Assembly: GCF_018977255.1 (NCBI RefSeq)
Contig: NW_024704743.1
Coordinates: forward strand, 97,776,001 to 97,840,000
Direction: 5' to 3'
DNA length: 64,000 nt
Source: Callorhinchus milii
Taxonomy: Eukaryota
Part shown: piece by piece, positions 36,261-49,600 of the stretch
Layout: the number at the start of each line of letters is the position of its first letter
Numbering within the stretch: position 1 is the stretch's first letter
Made by a program: the position numbers and the translations under genes
The notes under the pieces: model-generated
Seen by the model: only the letters and a program-made list of their open reading frames with translations
Told to the model about the DNA's origin: nothing
The model's database searches: none

Positions 36261-37454
36261 TAATTATCACTTCATATCTTGCATTTTTCACCCCTATATC
36301 AAATGCTCTTATTTGACTGTTTATGGACACCTGTGTCATGCATCGTTTTGTGGCCAAGAAAGCAGATTTGCGTACTGCTCACTGCTCCAAGGCTAAGTTG
36401 GGAACTCATTGGGTGGTATGCTCATGCTGCAAGTCATCCTGGTAAGCGATGAACTATGGAAAAGCATAAGATTTAATTAATTCCCTCTAGGTTTTATTTC
36501 CCCTTTAATTCATTGAAGATTTATGTATTTTTGTTAACTTGAGAAATTGATTTCTGTGCATTTATTCAACCATTAAAAAGCTGAAATTAGGAGCCAAAAG
36601 CAAAGACTAACTTTAAATTTTTGCTTTCATCTTTATGTATAGTGATTAAGGAGTGACTCTCTAAGGGAGTGATTATCATTATTCTAATATTAATATAATA
36701 TTATATGATTATAATATATTATAATATTAATATAATATTGTGTGAGAACACCTTATTTTCCACTGGTCTGAAATAGACTTTTGTTGCGTGAGTTTTTTTA
36801 TTGCGAAGTTCAAAAGATGTGAAAGAGATGAAGCTCAGTCCAATATCAAAAACTAGGTCCTCCAGATAAGGAGAATGTTTCAGGATGTTTTAATTATAGA
36901 CCAGGGATCAGAGCACTGCATTGTCAGAGGTTAAACCGTGGCTCTGTATTCTTGTTCAGATGAACATTAAAGTTCCCATAGCGCTATTCAAAAATAGAAC
37001 ACCTCCTAGTGACCTATAATCTTCCGTATAAAATAGGTCATTCACTTCATGGTTGTTTGTGGGATATTTCTGTGCATAAATTGCCTGCTGTGTTCGTTGA
37101 CAAATACTCAGTCACTTGACAGCAATTATACAGTGAGATGTTTCAGTGTAGTGCAGTTACTATATCAAATGCAAGGATTTATTATTACTTGTTTTTATAC
37201 CATGAGATTAAATAATTCTGTATGAAGAGAGAAACCTTGAGATACTAGAACCATGTTTTTTTCGATTTGCTATCAGAGGGAGAAAATTATATCCTATGTG
37301 TGTACAATTATCTCTCATTATCTAAGGCCTCATCTTTTGGCTGAAGACAGATTCAGGTTTACCATTGTATCAAACTGTGCTATGACCTCTTCATACTAAA
37401 ATCTTACACAAATGTGTTATAATGCTCTAGTCAATAGCTAACTACCTTGTCTTA

Positions 37455-37838
37455 CTTGGCAGCACCTTTTCTGTGGGTTGACGTCCCATGTTGGGACTTT
37501 GTGAGTTCATAGTCCAGGCTGACACACTAGAATAGTGCTACACTGTCAGAGATGCCATCTGATGAAGTATTAAACTGAACTCTTGTCTGTCTGTTTAGGT
37601 GGATTTAAAAATGTTTTGTCACTATTTGAAAAAAACAAGCAAATTTCTTCTAATGGCCTGGCCAAACATTCTCCAGTAAATTGATCATTCACTTAATTGC
37701 TGTTCACAAATTAGCTGTCATTGTCTGCCATTAAATTCACAATTTGATTCAAAATTTAGTCACTAACCTTGACAGAAATTATGTTTGAGATGTTTTGATG
37801 TTAAAGGCACCATATTAAATATCAGCATTATTATTATT
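37455..37838 (+). mobile_element. Old Deu-domain SINE
   Basis: 'catagtccaggctgacac..gtgctacactgtcagagatgccatc..ttaggtggattt..cactatttgaa'. Confidence 0.65.
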
Positions 37839-37844
37839 GTTGCT

Positions 37845-37985
37845 GGAAAAAGCTGGAAAAATTCACCAATTTTGCTTCCATCTTCCACCCCTCCATAACA
37901 TTCACATTGCCCATCTCCGACTCTTCCCTTCCCTTCCTCGACTTCACCATTTCCATCTTGGGGCATAGATTATCAATTATAATAT
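37845..37985 (+). mobile_element. Penelope-like element, RT fragment
   Basis: Translates LEKFTNFASIFHPSITFTLPISDSSLPFLDFTISILGHRLS, the FHP..FT...LPFLD segment typical of Penelope RT. Confidence 0.8.
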
Positions 37986-38071
37986 AGTCTATAGATAATC
38001 TATGTGGGACACTGCTGTGCGCTAGTGGCTGCTGTATTTCACTCATAAATATACAGTCAATTCACTTTACA

Positions 38072-40065
38072 ACAACAACAACAACTTGGATTTGTATAGC
38101 ACTCTCCATGCCGTACGGTGTCTCAGAGCGCTTTACAGTAACGGATCCCGGGGGGATGTGAAGGAAGGTGACCAAAAGTGCAATCGAAGAGAAAGGTCTT
38201 CTGCAGGGACCTGAAAATAGGAAGAGAGGGAGCGAGGCGAAGGGAGGGAACTCCAGAGCCTCGGAGCATAGTGACTGAATGCATGGCCGCTGAGGGTGGA
38301 GCGGAGGACTCGATGGACACGGAGAAGACCAGACCAAGAGGAACAAAGGCAACGGGTACTGTTTTGAGGCGAGAGGAGGTCAAAGAGGTAGGGGTGTGCA
38401 GAGGAGTGGAGGGATTTGAATATAAGGGTGAGGATCTTGAAGTCGATGCTCTCTGGGACAGGGAGCCAGTGCAGTCTGGCAAGGACTGGGGTGATCAGGG
38501 AGTGGAGTTTGGTGCGGGTGAGAATGCGGGTGGCAGAGTTTTGAATGATCTGGATTTTATGAATGGTAGTGGAGGGGAGACCGGTGAGGAGGGCATTAGA
38601 ATAGTCCAGCCGAGAGGTGACAAAGGCATGGACTAGGGTTTCATCGTCTTTCGTAGAGAGGTATTGGCGGAGATGGGCAATGTGTCAGAGGTGGAAGAAG
38701 CCGGTGCTGGTGAGGGACCGGATGTGGGGAAGGAAGGATAATTGGGGGTCGAACCTGACTCTTAGGTTGTGTATGGGTTCAGAGAGTCTTAAGGGGAGGT
38801 CGGGTAGGTGGAGGAGGAGAGAGCCATGAGACGTTGACGAGAACCAAAGAGTATGGCTTCCGCCTTGTCAACGTTCAGCTGAAGGAAGTTTGCGTTCATC
38901 CAGCCCCTGAGATCTGACAGGCAGGCTGACAGAACATCAAGGGACTGGGGGGGTCGCAAAGAGAGTTGGAAAAATAGAGTTGGGTGTCAACCGCGTACGT
39001 GTGGAAATGTACCCCATGTCTGCGGATGACATCCCCAAGAGGGAGCATGTAGATCAGAAAGAGGGGGGGGCCAAGGATGGATCCTTGGAGTACCCCGCAG
39101 GTAACCGGGTGAGAGCAGGAGCAGAAGCCGTTTGTGCAGATGTACTGCTGGCGGTTTGTGAGGTAGGACTCGAACCAGGCGAGTGCGGTCCCACTGAGGT
39201 GGATGACGGAGGAAAGGCAGTGGAGGATGGCGTGATCGACTGTGTCAAACGCCGAGGAGAGATCCAGGAGGACAAGGGAGCCCTGGTCACAGATAGAGAA
39301 GATGTTGTTTGTGACTTCCACAAGCGCAGTCTCTGTACTGTGGGCAGGGCGGAAACCGGACTGGAGTGGTTCGAAGAGGGATTGGGAGGAGAGGTGTGCG
39401 CGGAGTTGGTTGGCAACAACACGTTCTAGGACTTTTGCGAGGAAGGGCAGGTTAGAAATAGGGCGGCAGTGGCTGGGGTTTGAGGGATCTAGGGAAGGTA
39501 TTTTGAGGGGGTGGGTGATGACAGCAGTTTTTAGGAAGGCAGGGACTGATCTGGAGGAGAGGGACTGGTTGATGATGTCAGCCAGTAGTGGACAGAGGAG
39601 GGGGAGCTGGGTGACCAATAAGTTGGTGGGGAGGGGGTCGAGGGAGCAGGTGGTGGATTTCATGGAGGTGATGGTGGGTGAGAGGGAGGAGGGAGAGATG
39701 GGGAGGAAGGAATGTCGGATGGGGGTGGTGGTAGGAGCAGATGATGGGGAGGTTGAGGGGGACAGAGAGGGCATGATAGTGGGTGACAAGAGACAGGTGG
39801 ATGAGGCTGCCTGGCGGATGTTGTGAATTTTAGATGAGAAGAAGTCCATCACCACCTCGCACTTGGCATTTGATGTGAAGATTGAGGAGGCCTGAGGGGG
39901 GGCATGGAGAAGGTAGTGAGTGGTGAAAAAAGGATTTTAGGGTTGTGTTTAGCCTCCAAGATGATGTTGGAGTAGAAGGCCGGCGGTAGCTGTAGAGATG
40001 CTCGAGCCACAGTTGGCGGTGGACTGTCAGGCAAGTTTTCCGCTATCTGCACTCGAGCAGCCAGG
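38072..40065 (-). mobile_element. L2 LINE, 5'-truncated, RT inactivated; inserted in a SINE with TTTACA target duplication
   Basis: 319-aa ORF with CRPISNLPFLAKVLER, QSGFRPAHSTETAL, LLDLSSAFDTVDH, QGSILGP and YAVD in place of YADD; TTTACA at 38066-38071 and 40066-40071. Confidence 0.95.
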
Positions 40066-40151
40066 TTTACAGTCTATTCTGTGAAGCCCTTTGAGAAGTC
40101 TAGAAGACGTGAAAAGCGCTATATCAAATGCAAGGATTATTATTATTATAT

Positions 40152-40630
40152 TCTGACCTCTCCATCCACGGTCTCCTACGCTGTTCCAATGATACACAGC
40201 GCAAGGTTGATGAGCAGCACCTCATCTATCTGCTAGGGACCTTACAGCCTTCTGGCCTCAATATTGATTTTAACAATTTCAAACTATAACAGCTCACCTT
40301 CCCCCTCCCCCTCTTTTTTGACCATTACCACATCATCTGGGTCCCAGACACACCTTTTCGCTCTCTTTTCCCTTGTTTTGTTGCAATTCCCACATTTGTT
40401 TTGGATCATTAACACCTCTTTAACCCATCATTCCCTGTCCTCTACCCCATCTGTCTTCCTTGCCCTGCCTTAACCTCCTCTCTGTTAGCCTCTCCTCTCT
40501 AACGAAGGGTCATGGACCCAAAACATTGACTCCCTTTCCTTTCTCCATGGATGCTGCCTGACCTGCTGATTGTTCCCAGCGACTTCTGTTTTTGTTTCAG
40601 ATTTCCAGCATCTGCAGTATTTTGTTTTTT
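40152..40630 (+). mobile_element. Penelope-like element: GIY-YIG endonuclease C-terminus plus 3' terminal region
   Basis: 40152-40289 translates SDLSIHGLLRCSNDTQRKVDEQHLIYLLGTLQPSGLNIDFNNFKL* (L.T..P.GLN motif), followed by a pyrimidine-rich UTR and 'gatgctgcctgacctgctga..atttccagcatctgcagt'. Confidence 0.85.
40499..40528 (+). ncRNA. Degenerate minimal hammerhead ribozyme motif of the Penelope element
   Basis: CTAACGA (consensus CTGANGA), stem GGGTC-atg-GACCC, then AAAACATT (consensus GAAACGTT). Confidence 0.6.
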
Positions 40631-41609
40631 TATTATTATTGTTATTGTTCATCATAATAATAATTTCGGATCTCAGATATTCACAACACAAGAATACTTT
40701 CCCCTCCCTGTGCAGCCTCTTCTGTCTTCTGAGAACCATGAATAATATTCCCTCTGTGGTGAAGGGAAACAGATGCTGAACTTCAGATATTCAGTAATCA
40801 ACAGGATGTTTAGGGAATGAGGGTTATCACAAGCATATTACAGAGTTGCCAGAGGCAAGGTGGAAATGTGTATGTGAGTTTCATCAATTTTTGTGTGAGA
40901 AGCTATATGTCAACATCTATCCCTGAATGAGTTGTTCCTTGCAAGCCTCTGTAATGGGCTTGCCTTTGGATATGACAGAGGCATCAATATTATTCTTTCA
41001 TGGTGAGATTAATAAAGCTTGAATATAAAGTACACTCAAATTCTAACACTGCCACCTCATTTTTTACTGAATTGTTTTGCTGGAATAACAAACTGTGATG
41101 TTCATTTTTTCCTGAAGACTCAATAGAGAGAGAGTGAATTCAAACAATTTATTATTTTTGCAAACTAACCCTTTTACTAATCTAATGAAGATGTGTACAA
41201 TTGCATGAACTGCACACTAAATTTGTACATTTGCATGAACTAAGTAAGTTGCATATGTCCTCACAATCACTGATTGATTTCAATGTTCCATGTTCCAGGC
41301 AATCTTCAACTAATACAGATATCAGTTTGTAGGATAGATATAGGTATTGAGATATCTATTTGGCTTTAGATATGCTTTCAAAATTTCCATTTCAATTCTT
41401 AATATCGAGCTTGGGCATTTGAAATTGTGAAATAGCTTTGAAATCCTGAATATGGAGAAAAAGAATAACTGAAGCAAAAATCAGAGGCATATCAAAGTTT
41501 CAGGGAACCATAATAATAAGATAATCACTGAACCTTGAAAGAACCCATTAAAAAATCAAGCAGAAGAGTTTGGACCTATTGTTTGCCCCCAAAAGGCCCT
41601 TTGAAAAAT

Positions 41610-42021
41610 GTCAGCCTTTGAAAAATGGTAGCATGTTCACTTCTGAATCAGAAAATTTTGAGTTCAAGCCTCACTTCAGGATTTAAGACTCATAGTCTAG
41701 GCTGATACTCTACTTCAGTGTTGGGGTAGTGCTGCATTGATGTAGGTGCCATCCTTTGGAAAAGATGTTCAACCAAGGTGCCATTTGCCCTGTTCAGGTG
41801 GATGTTAAAGATCCCATGAAACATGAGAATGGAGGTTCTCTTTCTGTCTTGACAAATAATCCCTCAGAGAAATTGATCATTAACCTCATGGTTGTTTGTA
41901 GGATATTGTTATGTGCGAATTAGTGAATTCACCTTTTAATATATTTTCCACCAATTCCCTGTGAAGCACTTTGAGACACTAATATTAAAGACGCTATATC
42001 AAACGTAAGTATTATTATTAT
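41610..42021 (+). mobile_element. Old Deu-domain SINE, near full length
   Basis: 'ggtagcatgttcacttctgaatcagaa..gagttcaagcc..catagtctaggctgatactc..gtgctgcattg..ttcaggtggatgttaaagatcccatg' and tail 'gacgctatatcaaacgtaagtattattatta'. Confidence 0.78.
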
Positions 42022-43212
42022 CCCTCAGTATGCTGGATTCTCTAAAGGTGTTTGACATAATCAGTCAGCGATCCCAAGGCGGGAATCTGTAGCACACTGG
42101 GGACAGGAAAGGCACTGGTGACTGTAGAAGATATACTAGGCAGCTTTGGTACAGGCTCACACTGCCTACATTTTTACATTAAACTTGAGTCTGTGTGCAG
42201 AATCATTAATGTAGTATCATTCTTCTCCTAACAATCCTGCTCCTGCTACACAGATTCGCTCACGATGAGATTGAACATAGTTGGTGGGGTATGAAAAGGG
42301 AGGATGATGAAGAAAGTAAAAACACACCAGGGTGCACCTCTTCTAGGCTGAACGCGAGCCCTGACCACAGAGGCCAGAAGTGATACCCAGTTACTGATTG
42401 TGTAAAGAGAGAGGGCACTGAGTCAGTATTTGCACAGAAGGTGGTGGGTGAAGCAGATTCCTTACTTTCTTTTAAAAAGGGACTTGGAAGTATTCTTGAG
42501 GAGAAGGAATATTAAACAATACAAGGAACGAGCATGAGAGTGAGATAATCAAACTGGTAGAAAACTTGTCACAGATTTGATGACCTTTAACATTCTATGA
42601 TACTAAAAAGTAAGAAAAATTGCCACTTACTGTAATCTCAAGCTCTTCACATTGATTGATCATTGATGTTTATTTGATTATTATTATTATTATTATTTAG
42701 TGGTTCTAGTAAGACCCAAGAAATACAGTGCAGCATAGGAACATGCAGCAATGCGCTGCAGTCAAGAGTGTAATGGAGCCACATAATAAATGTTGTTCCT
42801 GTCTGTCACTGACATGTCATTTTATGAGAATATGAAATTGGAAAAGAAAAAAGCAAAGCAAATGTGAATAATTCAAGGAGAGTTTGAAGAGTAAACAAAA
42901 TATAAAAACTTTTAAATGTTAAGTAAACATAATTCCGCTACCTCACAGGCTGAGCTGTAATCTCAATGGTATTGAGGTTAATTAAGTTATTTATTTTTCA
43001 GTGGGGTCTAAACTGTGAAATATGCAGTAGGATTTGCAAAAAGTGATTCCTGTAGATACCTGGGTATTACTTTCAGATATATCAAGGCAGCAGAACAAGA
43101 GGCTACAGATTCAGGGCAGCAAGGGGTAATTTCAGAACAGGAACCAGGAAGCATTTTTTACTCAGACTCAGGTAATTATTGACTGGAATATGTTATCAGG
43201 ACAGTGGCTACA

Positions 43213-44540
43213 GAATACAATACAAAATTACATTTGTAAAGCACTTTTCACATCGGGAGGACATCCCAAGGTGCTGAACAGTCAGGGATTAGGGGGTGGG
43301 GGAGGTGTTGGGATCAGGGAGGGTGGAGGGCAGAGAGGGTAGCCGAAGGCACGGTCGATGAGGAGGGTCTTGAGACGCGCCTTGCAGGAGGCAAGGGAGA
43401 GAGCGAGGTGAAGGAAATGTGGGACAGAGTTCCAGAGGATGGGAGCAAAGAGGCTGAAGGCCCGACTGCAGATGGTGAGGCGGGCCGGGTGAGGGACATG
43501 CAGCAGGCCTGAGCCTGCTGAGCGAAGAGAGCAATCAGGTTGATGAGGGATTAGCAGGTTGGAGAGATAGGAGTGGGTAAGGCCATGGAGGGCCTTGAAG
43601 GTGAGGATTTTGAACTCGATCCTCTGAGGGATGGGAAATCAGTGGAGCCAGGCAAGGGTGGGTGTGATAGGGTCACGGAGCTTGGTGCGGGACAGCACAC
43701 GAGCTGCAGAGTTATGGATGATCAGCAGTTTGTTGAGGGAAGAGTTGGGAAGGCCAACAAGCAGGGATTTAGCATAGTTGAGCCTAGATGTAATGAAGGC
43801 ATGTATGAGGGTTTCAGTGGTCTGAGGGTTGAGGCAGTAGCGGAGTCTGGCAACGTTGCGGAGGTGGGGGAAGGCAGAACGGGTCATGGCATGGATGTGG
43901 GGGAGAAAGGACAATTGAGGTTTGAGCAAGGTGCCTAAGTTCCTGACTGGCTTGGTGAGGTGGAGTGTGCATCCATGGATGCTGATGCTGCCAGTGCTGG
44001 AGGTGCGGAAGCGCTGGCGCGAGCCAATCAGGAGAGCCTCAGTCTTGCTGATGTTCAACTGCAGAAAGTTAGCTCTCATCCAGGATTTGATGTCTGTCAG
44101 GACATCAGTGGTCCTGGGGTCGAGGGTGGAGGCAGAGAGAATATAGTTGGGAGTCATCCTCATACATGTGGAAGTTAACCCTATGTCTGCGGATGATGTC
44201 ACCAAGAGGGAGCATGTACCGGTTGAAGAGGAGAGGATCAAGGACAGAGTTCTGAAGAACACCACATGAGACGATGTGGGGGCTGGAGGAGAAGCCATTT
44301 GTGGAGACAAAGTGGAACCGATGTGAAAGATAGGATCTGAATCATTCAAGGACAGAATCTTGAAAGTTGAGGTGAGAGGAGAGGTGGTGGATCAGGATAG
44401 AGTGATCCAGAGTGTCGAAGGCAGCAGAGAGGTCAAGGAGGATGAGGAGACACAGGAACCCTGGTCACAGATGGACAGAATGTCATTTGCCACCTTGACC
44501 AGGGCTGTTTCTGTGCTGTGGGCAGCACAGAAACCTGATC
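43213..44540 (-). mobile_element. L2 LINE (second subfamily), truncated and internally deleted
   Basis: ORFs with WMRANFLQLNISKTEALLIG, VRNLG, LIHAFITSRLNYAKSLLVGLP and GFCAAHSTETALVKVANDIL. Confidence 0.92.
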
Positions 44541-46149
44541 CTCTATACAAAGAATGGTAGGGTGGTAGTCTGGAAGGATAAGATAAAATGGTCTGAAGGA
44601 CCTTCTTCATCTGAATCCCTTTTATGATCTTGTGATATTTCAGGCCAACCCACTGAAACTCCACTCTACTCGGATTCCAATCTCAGGTGCCTGGCAGAAA
44701 TTTGGAGACTGAACAGAGTTTTGGAGGGTTAACCTGCAACACATTGAACATCTCCCCCGCCCCACCCCCACACACATACATATATGCATCAATCTATAAT
44801 AACTCTAGAACAAAGTTGGAAATCTCACTAACTTTTCAACATGTAATTGATTGAAAGCAAATATCAGTAGGCTGACATGATGTTCCGACATGATAAGGAG
44901 CTATACCGAATACAAGGATGATGATGATTATTATTTTATTATTATTGTTACCACTACGTTTAATAAGATTCAATAAGGTCTCGGAATACCAGTTGTGTGC
45001 GTAATGCATTGTAACAACGGCAACAATAATTTACATTTACATATAACCCTTTATGTGGGGTAGCGTCTCAGAGCACATTAGAGGGTGAAGAAACAATTCT
45101 TAATAAATCTGGAGTTTTATTGTGTCATCACAAATTCCATAATCTGTAATTGGTAGCAATTCCATACAATGTAACACACCTCACCTTTGAAGAAATTGGC
45201 CATTAATGGGTTTTCCCATTATATTCGCACAATACCAACAGAGTTGCATGGAATTTTTACCTGCTTTTAAATGAAGGTAAAATGAAGTCTTCCTCACTTC
45301 ACTTTAAACACGTCTGTTCAAATAATAACAATAAAATGAGCACCTTTGCATTTGATATTGGGCTCTATCTCATGTCATTGCAACTCTTCGCAGGATTTTA
45401 CTGTGAAATGTAGTGATGGTGTATTTGTAGAGAACACAGCAACGAATTTTGTGCACAGCAATGTCAAACAAATAGCCATAAAATGAATGATCAATTTTGT
45501 GGTGGGGGATTGTTGGCCATAACTCTGGGAGAAACTAACCTTTCTTTTTAAATAGTGCCCTGGGATTTGTAAAGACCACCTCGACAGACAGACTTTCTTA
45601 AATGTCTTTTAATGTCTCATCTGAAGGAGCGCTTGTTAAGCTCTCTGAGATGCTGTCCTGCGAGAGGGGCGCTATGTAAGTGCAAGTTGTTGTTGTTGTT
45701 GATGATGACAAAGCACTGCACATCTTGAAAAGAGCTGCCTAATTCTAATTTATAACCTTTTGTTTTTGGACAGCCCGCTTTCTGATACACGTGGAAACCC
45801 ATCACCATGCTTAAGAGTATCCAAATCAAACTGAGAATTCAAGGCATCCCACCTACACATGGAAATTTTAGAGATAAATTGTTGGAATGGAATGCACACT
45901 CTCCCTAGAAGGGCACATCCTGCTTACCTAATTCCATAAAGTATTAGGCACAGGTTGGCAAAAGCCAAACTTTTCCTAAAAGTTTAAAATGACTGACTAG
46001 GAAACAATTTATTTTATACTCTTTCCTAGTCATTATGTTTTGATACTTCTTTTGTCTTCGTAGGAAAATTTCATTTAAGCTTCTATCACAATTTTGAATG
46101 CTGCACATTCCTTCAAACATTCCAGCATTGTCTCTGAAAAGACTGTCAA

Positions 46150-46660
46150 AGTCTGCGCATCATGTCAAACGATGATTCACGTTACATTGTCTGAGGTTTA
46201 CGGAGATTTTTAAATTGGGCCAGAGATTGACAGACCCTTTAAAACTGGCAGCAGTGGCAATGTTGCTGTAGCATAAAGCTTGCTTTGATGGTGCCTTTAA
46301 CAAGATATTTTGGCAATAAAGGTACAACTGTAATATATTATGCTGAATGCGCTCCTGACATTTTTCGCTTGTTCTGGTATATTTATTTGTATTTGCCAAT
46401 TTGAAAGCTACGTCTGTTTTTTAGTAGTGAATGTGTATGTGACCAGCTGACTGCACTTTGACAGGCTCCAATGGCATGTGTAACCTAATTGAAATTTTCC
46501 TTCTGTTTGAGTCCTGGTGAATCACTGCATTGATGAATTATTCATGCCCTCCTCCAGAAATTTTACACATCAAAACTTTGATGACATATATCATTATTAC
46601 TCTGTTATATATCCTGCAACAGAAAAAAATGGTAGCGTATAACTCTGTAATTTAAGCAGC
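46150..46660. promoter_or_regulatory. Candidate conserved non-coding element / enhancer
   Basis: Repeat-free, retains CpGs, clusters TGACAG/TGTCA, CTTTGATG (twice) and TAATT motifs; conservation not tested. Confidence 0.4.
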
Positions 46661-49600
46661 TTGAATGGCAGCAGTAAATTATTTACATGCTTTATTCGAC
46701 TTCACCCTCACCACAGGAAAGTTTTTAAAAACTTAGTTGTCCTTAGTTTGTGTATGTATTTTCCAATTGGAAAGGTCTTTCAAAACGTCCCTGTATTAAG
46801 GGATACCCACATTTCATACGAGTGGAAACCTGCTCCCTCTGAAATGTGCCTTTACTCCACTTGTCTTTTTAGCGACTGCTCAGAATGGCAATTAATCTTT
46901 TATTCATGAAGAAGCAATTCTTGGTTGTACAGCTCCCAGTCATAGTGTTGTAATGGAGAATTGTAGCCTCAGTTTTTGCAAGTACAATCTTGCAAAATTT
47001 GGGAAATTTTTCAATTCAGTCTTAATTTAAGTTAATTTGAGCTGGTCGGTGTGACCCTTCTCCAACTTTGTTCCAATGGCTGTCTTGAAACTGGCTCACA
47101 GTCAATAGATCAAGATACTGGTTCAACCCTGACAGGTAACACACCACAGCTTGCTATCTTCACTCTCAAGTGAAATTATAGAACCATCCCTGGCCATAAC
47201 TTAGGAATTGCAAAATCAGATTGGTAATTAGTAAGACATTCTAGCTGTTAAAAAACTAATTGAACAGACCAGGTATTTTAGAACAATGATAGCAGAGAGA
47301 TGCCGGGCTGATATGTCAGTAGATTATTCCAGCTCAATATTCAATCTGTAAACACTCTTGATTCTGTTACCACCTATGAATTGGAAAATGTGTTTCATGA
47401 ATAATTCAATGTTGGCCTGAATAGGCAATTGTGGTTCCTTTCAAAATTATCATTAATTATCATTGATCAATGTTGGTGTGAAAAAAAACAACCTTCTAAA
47501 AATGTCCTACACAGAATTCAAATACAAAGAACAGAGGAAGCGATGATCCCTGTCAAATCTTTACTCGCGTGCGAGATTCTCATTAATTCTACTTGTTACA
47601 CAACAAGGGACAACACAAGCCCTTTTTAAAATTAATGAATCTGCCATTGATTTCTTTGAAAGTAAAGGTGGTGAAGACTGTGTGCTGGACTGAATCTCAG
47701 TAAAAATGTTCAACAGCTAAAGTCCGAGTGACTTGGTGCCTTCCATCTTGGCCCAATAATAAAGGTAGTGATTTCAGTGACTGACAATCAGCAATTTACT
47801 AATTGTGATTGTTGTCTTCCAAAGGAAAACAAGATTCACATTTTCAGTTTACAATAATAATCCTTGATATAGCACTTTTCATGTCAGGAGAACATCTCAC
47901 AGCGTCTCACAGAATGTACTGTAAAGTGTAGTGACTATTTTGTAGGTGAACATAGCAGCTAATTTGCACACAATACTGTGCACCACAAACAGCGGTGAAG
48001 TGATTTACTAGTTTTAATTTAGACACTGGCATCTATTTTTGAACAGCAAAGAGTAAGGCAAATATATTTGAAGTGAGAAAGGTATTTGGCGCAGGGATAG
48101 ATTATAAAATTGGCAGTCACGGGTTAGTGGCTTGCGTTATGAGTAGGATTATACAGGATGTTGAAATAATCTTTACTTTTCAGGTTGCAATAGTGTGGAT
48201 CTAGCTGTGTACTGACATTGTACAATTTAGAACATCAATAAGCATCTACCCAAAAAAATTAAAGCTGACTAATTGAATGTTGTCTTTTGTATCTGAGAAA
48301 CAATGGGATATTTTACATCTGACCCATAGCTGCTGTGGATTTTTCAGAAGCAGATTTGTAGTGAAACCATCTTTGGAGCAGTGGTTTTCAAAGAGTTTGA
48401 TTGAAACCTTCTCTTTCTCTTCTCCTCAAGACTGATCTGTTTTCGCTCTTATTCTCTTGCTCTCAATAACACTGTAGCTCTTATCAGCTATAAATAGGAT
48501 ATTAAGGTTTGATGCTTGGAAATGAGTTTCAATCTGTAATATCTATACTGTGAACAAGTTTGGCACATCTATGACTACTGCATAGAACTAGTATGCCTGC
48601 TGGTAAGTTATGATCTATTATGTATGTATCTGATTCAGATAATCTTGGTTAACTATAAACAATGTGAAACTGGGCTTATTAGATGCATTGTTGGTGCAGT
48701 GGCAGGCTGATCTGTGGTATGTGGCGTGTTGCCATATGACGTATTCCTCAGCTCAGTCTTGGTGAGTAAAATCGAATGGTATGTCTGCCTACATCCCATT
48801 TTGGTTATTTCATTTTTTCTGGTGTGGGTTTAGGTAAGCATTATGGGTCGAGGGTCTGCATTCCAATGGACAGGAATTTCCATGTGTAGGTGGGATGCAT
48901 GGAATTCTCAGTTTGGTTTGGATACTTCTAAGGATGGTGATGGGTTTCTGCATATACCAGACACCCAGCTGAGCAAAAAAATGCAGTGACAATTGTGACG
49001 TGTAGTGTATTAATTAGCATCAATAATAACAATCAATAAACACATGGTTGTTACCTTTTACAATGACTCCTCACAAAAAAACAGATGAACCTTGGATTTT
49101 CGAATGGGTGGTATGCAATTGCTGGTTAGCAGCTCAGTTTAGCAGTTTATGGTTGAATTAAGCAAGATTCCCACTAATTCGTAGCCCAATGTGATCTGGA
49201 TGTCCAATGGGTGGTGAGGCTGGCGTCTTGGTCCAAACAGGAAGGTGGAGAGTATGTCTGTCTCTGCAATGTTTCTATAAGATCGTCCATAATTCATAGA
49301 AAATGTTTTGGAACATTGCATTTTTCTCCCCTATATCGACAAGCTATAAACTTAATTCGATGTCTGAAGCTGTCAACTGCAGTGTTGTGCAATGGTTCTT
49401 GTGTTGATGCATGAAGATATATTTTTCCTCAATAATGCTGATAATATCTGCTTTAACAATGTATTTTTGTGAACGTTATAGGTTTAATAATTTTTCTAGT
49501 CTCTGTGGGTTCTCTGCTAATTTGACAGATAACTTCAGTGTAGCATGACATTCAGAGAAAGGTGTTAATGAAGCCATTACTGCTAGTTAATGGGACAATG

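Noticed and set aside
36323..36445. 40-aa ORF ending HWVVCSCCKSSW beside a GGTAAG donor-like site (zinc-finger-like W-x-x-C-x-x-C)
   Set aside because: Too short, no upstream acceptor support, and the motif is incomplete
36685..36740. AT-rich quasi-palindrome (similar stretch at 10705-10757)
   Set aside because: Low-complexity TAA/TA microsatellite decay
38980..39826. Long plus-strand ORFs here and at 13991, 43573, 52693 and 59549
   Set aside because: Antisense frames of L2/CR1 ORF2
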